From Botryllus schlosseri (lineage: Eukaryota): a stretch of DNA of 64,000 nucleotides. The translations under genes were made by a program, and so were the position numbers. A model generated the notes under the pieces. The model saw nothing but the letters and a program-made list of their open reading frames with translations, made no database searches and had not been told where the DNA came from. Positions 9,601-21,600 of this stretch are shown here, in pieces (the first letter of the stretch is position 1; each line of letters starts with the position of its first letter). Location of the stretch: assembly GCA_051294905.1 (NCBI GenBank), contig CM119382.1, positions 9,300,001 to 9,364,000 of the forward strand, read 5' to 3'.

Positions 9601-12600
9601 ACTAGCAATAGCCCAAGGTCCAAGGTTACTGCCACAAGCATCTTTACAAAATTCTAAAAGCATAAAGTAATTCAAGTTTGCAAACTGTTGAAGTATTGTT
9701 GCTTGTAGATACAATAGTAAAATCTCCCATACCTAATGCTAATACAAGAGAACTCAAAAGTATAATGACCATGGTTAGTGGTTGCTATCCAAATGTACTG
9801 TTCTATTACACAGGTGCGGCATACCAGACTCGCTACACTTACTCTTTCATGTTTTTCTTCAAAGGTTTCCTGATGGAGAGGGTAGCTTTACTGCTGGCAG
9901 AGCCTGCCGCATTGGTAGCAGTGACTTTATAAACCCCGGCGTCAGGCTGAAACACATCTTTCACAGACATGTAGAACGACTGCTGGTCTTCCCAGACCAT
10001 CTCGTGATGAGCGTCAGCTGTCAATCGCCTTCCATCTTTCTCCCTGCGATCAGAGACGCTCAAAAAAGTGACTACAACAAATCGAAGCGGCACTTACCAA
10101 ATTAATTCCGGTCTGGGTTGACCCGAGACTCGTATTTCAAATTTCGCGACCTGACCCTCGTGGACAAGCTGATTGGTCAAAAGTCGACGGAACGACGGAC
10201 GCAAAATGACCTCGTCCTTGTCCACTTTTTCTGTTACAGAGCAAATCATGAAATTAATGAAAAAGGTATGTGATAACCAGAGGTGATGAAAGTAGTCAGT
10301 GGGGCTACTCAAGTAGAAGTAGAAGTTTAGCAGCAAATTTCTACTCAATTACAAGTAGAAGACATGGTTGTAATGACTCGAATCGAGATTTTTTGGTGAC
10401 TTGACTCGAGTCCGTTTTTTTATTGACTCGACTTGTACTCGGGTCATTGTGCATGACTCGGGACTGGGACGGCCAAGACAGACATTTCATTGTAACTTCG
10501 AAGAATAATAAAGTTACCACATTATTGGTCTATCAGTCCCGATACTTGGAAAACAGGGCTAGAAACTGTTAAAACTGAGGCATATTACAATATTATGAAT
10601 GTGAGACATTCGGGATCACTCGAGCAGAGTTAAAAAAAGTGGGTTGAACCGGATTGAACTAAAAGCTGAACAGTGAACAAATGACTTGGACTCGGACTGG
10701 ACCCTCTACTAGCTGACTTGGACTCGGGCTTGACTCGAGTCAAAACTATAAAAGTGAGAATGACTTGTGACTCGAAACCTGTGACTTGGTTACAACCCTG
10801 CAAGATATCACTAAGAAACCCGAATCTTGATAACTTTTAACAACAATTTAACAGTAAGAGGCCACTTCATAAATTGCAGGACATATCTATGCGACTAACG
10901 CAAACTGAGGAATGACACTGGAAATAGGTAGATATTTGACAATATATCCGCTTACCGTGACACATGGGATATTTCATGTGATTCTAATGGCAATTTTAGT
11001 CGTAAAAATGATGCAAACTTATCACGAAAACCCAGGGTGTGAAAAGTAAATATTTTTTGCATAGCCACTGTTCAACTAGAAGTAGAAGTACTCTAAAAAC
11101 ACTTGAATAGACATGCCCAGTACTCAAGAAGTACTATGTGTTCCGAAAAAGTAGAATAACCTCGTTGTTGACCACTTCTGATAATAACAGTATTAATCAA
11201 ATTTTTCTACATACTCTTCACAATCAAGCCGGCCTTGCAAGTGTCATCCCCATAGCTGTTGCGAGCAATCACCACAATATCCCCGGCATCATCATGATCA
11301 CATTCACATATCGTGAGCTTGTAAAGGCCAGGCTCCTTATCCTCTTTGTATTTTTGATCGTCCGGTGCGAAGTGAAGACGTTTTCCGTTATGATACCAGA
11401 ATATGATTGGAGTTGGGTGGATAGTCACTGTAATATTGTGTGATCAGAAAATGCTGCTGCTACAGCTAACATACACATTCCTTGACGGTGGTATGATTTT
11501 TAGTGATGATACCCGTACCATAGATAGCTCAAGAATGAAGGAAGTTCATAGAATATTCAATAACTAATGTTCAATGTTCATTGATGCAACTAGACCATAT
11601 AATTCATACTTTAAAGTTGATTCACAATTTAATAACTGCCGCACAGCGGTGGTTACAGTACCTGTAACTGTGAAAGTCACATCACCGCCCTCAAACACAG
11701 TGCGGTTGTACAGGGGAAGAGTAAACTCTGGCGAATGCCGAAGAGATCTCATAACATCCAAGCCTGTGCGCTTGAGAGCGTTCTTGTGCTTTGCGAAGTA
11801 AAGACTGCGGGGTGACCGCGTCCATTTTCTGCCAAGATTTCACAGTTTTTCATTCAAACGACGGATGTATTGAGAAATCTATCATACCCTGATTTCAGAT
11901 GGACGCAAAGTTCACACTGCCTCGTGGTTGATCCGAAAGAGTTTTCCACTTTGCATCTGTACGTGCTATCGTCGCTTTTCTGTATGTTCGTTATGAGAAG
12001 CGATATAGTGCAGTTTTCCTCGTCCCAGGAGAATTGATATTTATCGTTCTCTTCAAGACGAATGTTGTGTTTGAACCTAGAAATTAGAGATATTGCAGAC
12101 CGGCAACAGGGCGGTACCTTTTGCTCAAATAATGCAGATGCTGCTGTTGGAATCAAAAGTACCTTTATCGGAAGTACAAAGTTAAAAATATATACCAGGC
12201 TGCAAGTATATAAGACTCAATTTTTGATATTGACACCATTTTTCTGGAAGAATCGAACTGTCAGAAGACTTGGATCATTCGTTTTTTGAATTTTCGAACA
12301 AAATATTATAAAACTTAACCTATTGCATATATAGGCTATATTTAGGCTGGTGCCAAAATCAACCCCACACTCACACATGTCTCACAATCACTGTAGTAAT
12401 GGTCTTCAGTTTACTGAAACTGTAATCATTCCGGTATTCTTGGTAATATAATGAAATACTCCTACTATTTCTGAATACTGCAGCAGGTCTGCCTACTTTC
12501 ACTTCACAGGCCTAGAATATTCCTTCTCACTTACTTTGAAATCTCTATTTCTACTTGCACTTGAGTAGAAATTTATGAAGTTACTTTTAGTTCTACTTGA

Positions 12601-15600
12601 GTACCCATGATGACTACTCAGGTGCGAAGTCACAATTACAGAATTACAGGCTTTTAAAATTCAAGTTCCCAATGCCTACCAAGTTATATTTTCATCCCCT
12701 TCTGGATCGTAGATCGTGAACTGCAGCAACGCATCACAACCCTCTTCCCCAAACTGATGACACATAACCCCGAGTCTGGGGTTCATGTCGACGCTCTCGA
12801 TTTTGAGCTTTGCGACCGACTTTCCTTTGTATGATCTCAGCGACCCGCCAAACGCCAGACGTCCGAGCGATATGACCACAGTGGACGTCTCCAAGATTTG
12901 GTTTGCTTTGAAAAATTTACGATGTAGTATCGTTGGTATCACTTGCTCTCGCTTTGCGGTTTTCAAATCTCCGTCGGCGTGACAGCTTGTCTCCAGCCAG
13001 GGATGACGCAAGGCGTCTTCCGCAGACATACGTTCTCTCTTTTCGCGTGCCAAAAGCCTACGGAATTAAGAGAATGTTATGTTTGTATGCCATAATACGA
13101 TTATAGGAATAGGGTGTATTTTCTTTCCCCGATGTTTATTCATCAACTCATGATATACATACACACAATATGCGCATATGCATGCAGTTTAAACATACTT
13201 TCTGAGGAAGTATTACAATACAAATTCGCCTACCTTTCTATGAAGTCCAGAGCTTCGTCAGAAATGTCGCTCCAAGTTTCGTGATTGAAATTCCACTCGG
13301 CTTCGGTAACATTTTTCAAGGTTTCGTTATCGTTTTCTCCTTTGAAAGGAGACAGTCCAGAGAGCAAGACGTAGGTAAGCACACCCACGGACCACATATC
13401 GGTTGCACGCCCGATGGCGTCATTCAAGATAACTTCTGGCGCACAGAAATCAGGCGTTCCGTACGCGATACGTAGCGTATCACCCGGTTTCAATTGCCGG
13501 GACACTCCAAAATCGACTAGCTTCAACACATCACTCTTCCTTGTTTTGAAAAGCAAGTTCTCCGGTTTGATATCCAAATGCGCGATGTTGTGCGCATGCA
13601 AGAATTCCAATGCCTGATAAATCAATCAGTCTTGAAATGCAACACAAATTTCATGATGGAATACATACTTGACATATCTGCCGTGTAAAATCTATACAAA
13701 CGTTTTCCGTCAAGTCAAATACGTCGCTGGTAATCCGTTCAAACAAATCGCCGCCAGACACAAATTGCATGATCATAGTCTGCAGAATAATAAATTGTAC
13801 GTAGGAAAGTATGTGAGGATGTATAGCACTTGAAGGAGTGGTGAAGTAGTAGTCTAATTTGAGACAGTATTGCACTCCCAGCAAAAGTATACTACTATCC
13901 ACGTGGTGTTACCAAGTTAATCTCTGTCATCTCTGGGCAGCCTTTACTGACACTACAGTGTAAGCTGTAGTAAATTTTCGATGGTAAACATTTGTGGTTT
14001 CTGGAGACCGGTCAGCTAAAATAAATCAATTTCAAACCAGTCCGTGGAGCAAAAACGGTTGCCGACAGCTGTACTAATAGACTTGGAGAGCAATAGTCCT
14101 GGAAATGATTAGAATTCAAAATCTTTTTTGAATTTGAATTTTAAACTTGGGACCTTCATATACTTACTGAATAGCTATTCGCCTATATATGAGTGATCAA
14201 GCATCGAGATATACCACAACAAGCACAACAACAAAGTCATTAATGTTCATGCTGAATCAGACAAAAATGTGGATGTAAAATGATATCCAAATATATATAC
14301 TGTACACTACACAGTTGTCAAAGCTCTTTTCATTGCTGTCAGGGTAATTTGATTGGACTGACGAAAATCTCACAAATAAATTGCAGTTATACAGTATTAT
14401 AATCCTCACAATTTATTTCACCTATGATATCCCTCGAAGCAACAAACACTCACGGTTTCGTCTTTGGTTTCAAAGACTTCGTGCAGCATCAGCAGATTGG
14501 GATGCTCCAGCTGTTTCATGATTGCGATTTCCCTTGCGACAGCGGCTTTGTTTGCATCGTCGTCCAATTTTACGATTTTCGCGGCCCAAATTTTCTTTCC
14601 GGCTATTTCCTGAGCGCGGTGCACATTGCCGAAAGCGCCGCGACCAAGTTCCTCCAGGAGGTTGTAGCGCGTCAGAACGTTAACGTCACGATGAATCTAA
14701 GATAATTCATTGTGGTTATGGTCTAATTATAAGATACTAGAAATGTACTTTATTGCGAATTAATTTTTCTCCTTACACAAGGAAAATAAGAAGTTTTGAC
14801 TGTTTTATCTACTTCGTAGGAGTTTCCTTCCATTCTAGGTTACATAACAGCTTTTTCAACAGTGCAGAGCTAATATTCGAGTCATTGAATTCGAACTTCA
14901 GAAAAAGTGACCCAAACAGACTAATAATATATTCTTCATCATGTGGGGAACAAATTGAATGAAAGTTTAGCATCAAAGATCTTTAGTTCATTGTGTCCTC
15001 GCAAGGTTAAGGTTAAGAGCCAAAAGAGAGAGAAAGAACAGTTCATTTATGCCAGTTATATCTGCCTGTGAGGCTGCGTCTATGGGAGAGTCTCTGAAAA
15101 AGTGGTGCTGGGAATAATGGTTATTTGATCCTTGGGTAGTGACGGCTCTAATATTCTCCAATATTTGGGGGTAGCATGAAGCATAAAACAGTGTTTGGAA
15201 TATTAACAATTCAAGTAATGAAACGGCCAGCCAAATCTTACAAAAAGCTGGTTAGTCTGGAAAAAGTTGTGCCACCCTAGATCTCGGAAAATTCTCATTA
15301 TAATAATACATTCATGTACCTTGACATTTCTAGATACACAATCCTCGCCGACATCCACCATTTCGTCATAAGTAGCCGCCATAGTCGGATCTTCTTTTGT
15401 GGTAACAATACCAGTCGGCACAGACGGCACGCTCCTCCCACATTCGTTCACCGCACAAACCCTGAACTGATAACTGGTTCTCCCGGACAGACCACATACA
15501 GTATAATGAGAAGTGCTCGAAGAAGACACCTTAATCCAACGCCCGCTAAACGCCATCGATTTTTCGATAACGTATTTCAACACCGCTTTGCCTCCGTCGT

Positions 15601-18600
15601 CTTTTGGCGGATTCCAAGACAAATCGACAGCGTCGCGAGATATGCAAGACACCTGCAGCCGTTCTGGTTGAGAGGGTACGTCAGCAACAATCAGTTCCAC
15701 GGTTGCTTGATCGCTACCAAATCGGTTGTTTATGGTGATAGTATAGAACCCAGTGTCGTATCTCCAAGCATCTTTGATAGTCAGCGTTGTTGTAGACGGT
15801 GTAGTTATGATTTCATATCCACTTACTTCAGAATTGATAGCCTTGCCCGATTTAGTCCAAGTTACTAATGGAGCAGGGGAACCTTCGATAGGCACTTTCA
15901 ATACGACACGTTCGTGAATTTTATACCAAATCGGCTCTTCTGACATATATTTCGGCACCAACACTTTAGCCGGTACTTGTATTATGACTCGTACCGTATT
16001 TGTGACGTATCCTCCGACATTAAAAGCTTTAACCGTGTACGGCCCTTCGTCATTTGCATTTGCTTTCGCGATGGTCATGTAATAATTGTTTCCTCGTCCG
16101 TACCTCATGCTGTGTTTAGAATCTTTTACGATTTCTCGCGTGCCCTTGTACCATTTGATAATCGGCTTTGGATGTCCCGTTACTTTGGCATATAACGTAA
16201 CATTTTGTAGAGGTTTCGCGACTACATCGCGCATTCTCTCTATCAGCCTCGGCTTTGTGATATGCACGTTGTCCTTTATTGTGATAGAGGATGATACCTC
16301 AGATACATCTGACGTTCCGAATTGATTCTGTGCCGATATCCTGCAGAAAAACATGACACCTAAAACACCACAAACAGGATCTCTATACTCTTGGAATATT
16401 TCATTAGTGCTGTGTTGTTATTTAGTTATTTTTGTAGATAAATTTGGCTCTGTTATACATTAACTGTGCTTTGTTACATGAATATCACATGTAACATACC
16501 TGAATTCGTAGGACAAGCCCGGTTTCAATTGATATATGGGGCACACTGTTTCTGTAATGGTATTCTTGGTGGCGATTCTCCATTCTGATTGCTCCGTATC
16601 TTTGATTTCGATCAGATATTTTTTGACATGTGCCACATCTGCTGATGCCGGCTGACTCCAGTTCAGCAAACATGCATCCGCGGTAATGCCAACAACCTAC
16701 AAATAATCAATGTAAAATCGATCGTCTGAAATATATTAACGTATCCTACCGATACTTTGCTCGGAGGCAAGGGTTTTTTGCCACGCACGTCGTAGGTGCA
16801 TTTTTGGCTGGCGCCGCCAGTTATCTTCGCAGATTGCTTGATTTCCACAGACTCGCTGAGTCCACCTTCATTCGCCGCCATGATTTGAACCCGGTAAGAA
16901 CCTTCTTCAATCGCCGTCACCGAGTAATGGGTGAATCTAATTGGATTGGTGTTGCATCTACGCCACATATCCTCATCCTAGAGCAAATTACGTTTGCACA
17001 CTTCAATCGACTGAGAGAAATATAATATTGGTGGCTAACGTTAATAAAACATTGGTATATATGTAAATGATGATGGGTATGAAGCAATCATTCCGTACTG
17101 GTTTGATACACAAGGGTATTTATTTTTAAATCCAAAGATCTAATCCACTGAAATTCTTATATTTTCGTCAGATCGAGGTAAATGCCAATTTGTGAACTTG
17201 CCTTCTTCATTTCAATAAAATATCCCGAAACTTTATTCTCGTCGCAATGCTCTGGTTTATCCCAAGCCAATGATATTGTATTTTCAGTAATTTCCACAAC
17301 TCTTGGATTTTGTGGTGGTGACGGTGGTTCCAGCTGGTCCCGACATAAAACCACTGCTGTCTGCTCGCTTGGCCTGGGAAACTGATAATGAAAGTGACTA
17401 GAAAAACATTGCGACTAATCGTAGCTTACCTTCCCTCTCCAATTTTATTGATAGCAATGACACGGTGCACGTAGCTGACACCTTCAATCAGTCCGTAACT
17501 GGTGAACCAAGTCTCTTTGACGGGAGTATGAGTTGCCTTTGTCCATCTCTTTCCCTGATAAAGTAATCCACAATTAGTGAATCCTTCACGTTGTAAATTA
17601 ATATTGCATATATCATACTTTGCATAAGATAAGTATATATATATGTCTGACAATATTACACCAACCATGTTCCTGATCATTCTGTTTTCAGTTTTCTATG
17701 AGGGGGTTCGGGAGACAGTGTTGAACAAATGAGTTATATCATAATACAGGGCTACAGCTCTGCCTGCCTTGAGTTGGCTATATATATCCAGAATTAGCAG
17801 AAAATATTTACTCCAGTACGAATATTCACACAATTTCAATTCAATATAATTTATTGCTAAAAATTTTATCATCCGGCGTTATTTACAAGTCAAAACTTGA
17901 AGTAGTTATGTACAGTATTCATTATGTAAAGACGATAGTAACCAATATATGCGTTTAACTGCGTGCACTAAAACAACACCTTCATACAATAGCTCACTCC
18001 AGCCAACCAGTTGTATGACGGGGCAATAGGCAATATCACTTTCTTTAAGGAAGATGACTCAATCAAAACTACTGTATGTCAACTTGAAAGCGGCCAGCAA
18101 GATATGCTTGATCTAGAAATTTTGTATTAATGTGTATTTGCTCACATTTCTCGCCTTTCGTTCCACTACATATCCAATTATATCCGCCCCTCCATTATTA
18201 ACAGGCTCCATCCAGTTAATCGATATCGAATCTCTAGTGACCTCGGTGACTTTAGGACATCCAGGCGCCCCTGGTAAACCTGAAAAAATTGACACTCAAC
18301 TGTCACGATATCGCAACGAAATGTTACTTTCTTGGATCAATCAATTCAATAAACGTGAAATTAATCAAAAATACAAACTGTTGGACGTACTAAATTCGTA
18401 TTTGGCAGTGACACTGTCAGATAGAAGAGGCTGACCGACACCAAATCGATTTTGAGCCGAAACTCTAAAAAGATATTCGGCGTTCTCCGATAGCTTTGTA
18501 ATCTTCATCATATTTCTAAAAAATATGAAGCATATACGGTAATACTGCCGGCTACAAAGAACAATATAAAATTATCACCTTGTCACAGTATCGCTTACAA

Positions 18601-21600
18601 CAGTCCAATTTTTCCCGTGCCTTTCTTTGCGTTCGACAATGAAATTTGTAACCGCAGCACCCCCATCGAACAACGGACTACTCCAGCTCAAGTGTACAGA
18701 ATCTCCGGTGACATCGCTGAATTGAATTGGACCAACAGGAGACGATGGAACGTCTTTAAAACAAATGGTTATGAGATAACATGTCATGGAATTTGATCAA
18801 TAGTAATACTCCAACCCTATGCTTTGAAAAAGAGAGATTATGAATAATATGGCTATCATACCAAGCACTGTCACATTGAAATCAATTTCCGAGTATCCTT
18901 CGCAGTTGGTTGCGTTCAGAATATAATTTCCACGGTCTTCCACATTACATTCTTTGACTATCAGGGTAGCCAAGCCATCTTCACAAATCAAGATTGCTCT
19001 GTAATACAATAGACATTGAATATGCACCAATTGGTGATGGTTAAACAATAAGTTGTGTGATATTGAATTATTTTACTCATGTCAGTGTATATAGTAATAT
19101 AGAAATGCTATAAGTCACCTCTTGTGAATAATTTCTTTATCATCAACACGCCAAGCACAAGTTGGCAACGGACGACCAGATACTGCGACCTCTAAGCAAA
19201 TATCCTCTCTCGCTTTTACAGAAACATGCTTTGAAGCATTGTTCACAATCTTCAACGTGGGTTTTGCTGAACATAGACACGTTACATAGTATGAGTTGAT
19301 TTTCCACAAGATATAGAGTTAGTACCTGGCTGTAATTTGACGGTGATGGCGGATAATATTTCTTTGGCTGCACTGTAGCCGCATGCGTTCTTTGCTTTCA
19401 CTCGGAAATGATATTCTTTGCCTTCTTTCAGTCCGCTGACAGTGTATTTGTGATGGTTAGTGGATGTACAGCTCTTCCATTTGTCAGATCCTACAAGGAC
19501 GAATAATATTAGTAATGCGATTAATCACACACGAGACTACATTTGTTATAATTCCTTCTCTTCTCGGGAAGGGAATAATCTTCTATGTTGGAATCAAGTG
19601 ACTTAGTGCATTTGTGATTTGGTATCTAATACATCCATGACACATTGCTGATTTTCAATAGCACAGGTGCAAAATTCAGGTTCACAGTTCCAAGTTCTGT
19701 TATTCGTAATTGAAAAATAACTAAATATAGTTTCTAATAGCTTAGCATCATAGCATATAATCAACATATTTTGGTGATCACAATCATCAAGTAGCAGATG
19801 CAAAGTGATAAATTTCGAGAAAACCAACCTTTTTCTTTTGCATCCAGCTGATAACTTTCTACTGGTGATCCACCATCTTGCTGCGGGCTCTTCCATTGTA
19901 TAGTCACACTAGAGTTTGTCACTTCGGTAGCCTGAATCAGCACACAACTTTAGTATGAACGGAAAGGGTGAATTGCCAATAGCTTACTTCAATGCTAGAA
20001 GGTGGTGAGGGTGGTTCACAGGCTAGTACGGGTTTGTCGGTGTCAACGGTATCTCCTAATCCAAATTCGTTCTCAGCAGACACTCTGAAGCAATACCATA
20101 CTCCTTCTTGCAAGCCAGAGACACGATACGTGGTCTCGCGGCACCTGTCAAAATAATATGAACATACAGAATCCCCACTGCGTCTTATTGCCTTTTCTGC
20201 CTAGTTCTATTGCTGTTGCACATTTTTTACATTTATATTGCTGCTGTACAGTTGAAAATGCTTTTTTTCTTGCTGCTGCATAATTGAAAATGGTTTTCTT
20301 CAATCACTTTGATAGGAATTTGTTTATAATATTGTTTAATGATATACTCCAGTGATTCTTAACTAAAGGCTCCTCAATATTTCCTTCACAATCCTTATAA
20401 CTTTAGATGTGAATAAATAAATCACAGATACAATATTGTGAGACAAATACATTGAATATATCGCACTCAGTTCAATGAGAAAGATTATATATACATCATT
20501 TTGAATGCTTATGATTGTATGGAGAAATGGTAATAAATTAATATTACTCTTTTTCAACTGTGTTCCAAGTACGTCGAGACTGCTCTCTTCTCTCTACAAC
20601 ATAGCTTTTGATTACACTTCCCCCGTCAATCAGCGGTGGTTTCCATGCCAATAAGACGGAGTTTCGATAAACTTCTTTAACTTCGATAGATTCAGGTTTT
20701 CCAGGCGAGTCTGCGCGAAAAAGATATCATTATATAGAGAGATCATCGCGTAGAATCTACGTGCGGATATTACCTAAAACTTTGACGGTAATAGTCTCCT
20801 CTTTTGAAGACGAAGTATTTCTTGCTGATATGGTATATTGTCCAGCGTCAAACCGATTTGTCCTGTCAATCACCAACGATGCTGTGTCTCCGTGGTTTTC
20901 GACAGTTGATCTTTGTTTGAATGTACCGTCGTCTGGAGTTTTAGACCATGTCACAGTAGGTTTTGGACGACCTGAGACATCGGCCGTCAAACGCATTTGG
21001 CGTCCGGCTTTAAGAACCACAACGCTTTTCATCTTATCAGGTAGTGTAATGCAGGGATCGATCAAGATATCTTTCGATGTAACAGGGTCTGGAATCTATT
21101 AAAAACGCATTAGTATGACCTGTTGAAGAGGTTTTTGTCCACGGTTTGAATACCTTGGAAGGCATGTCGCTATCACCGATGTCGTTTACGGCGAATACAC
21201 GGAATAGATACTCTTTGTTTTCGGTCAACCCTCTGGCCGTGTAATCAGTCCCTTTGACGTACTTTGATTTGTGGGCTCTGTTGAAATTTAGAGGTATAAT
21301 AATGATAATGTCATATGGATGTGTAACGTATAAAATTTTCCGCACAGATTGTGGACTCAAATGGTAAATCACAAATTCGATTCTCTCCTATCAAGCCCAA
21401 AATTAGATATTGTCAGTAATCAACAATAGTACGATTCCAGAAATTCAATACTACTACAGCTGCGATAGCAGGAGTGCGAAAATTCCTCTTCAAATATAAC
21501 TCAAAAAACATCGGAATTTATGACCATTGAACCCAATCTTAATATCATATTTAGATACGGGTGAATTTCAATTTCCCTAATATGCCTTAATTTGAGCTCA

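Noticed and set aside
15314-15868. 184-aa plus-strand ORF, and similar ones (22274-22747, 8544-8948, 48061-48432, 45666-46046)
   Set aside because: They are antisense shadows of titin exons, with no recognisable domains and no independent splice chain.
20238-20302. Two imperfect roughly 32-bp tandem units (TTGCTGCTG...TTGAAAATG)
   Set aside because: Only two degenerate copies in an AT-rich intron; ordinary slippage, not an array.
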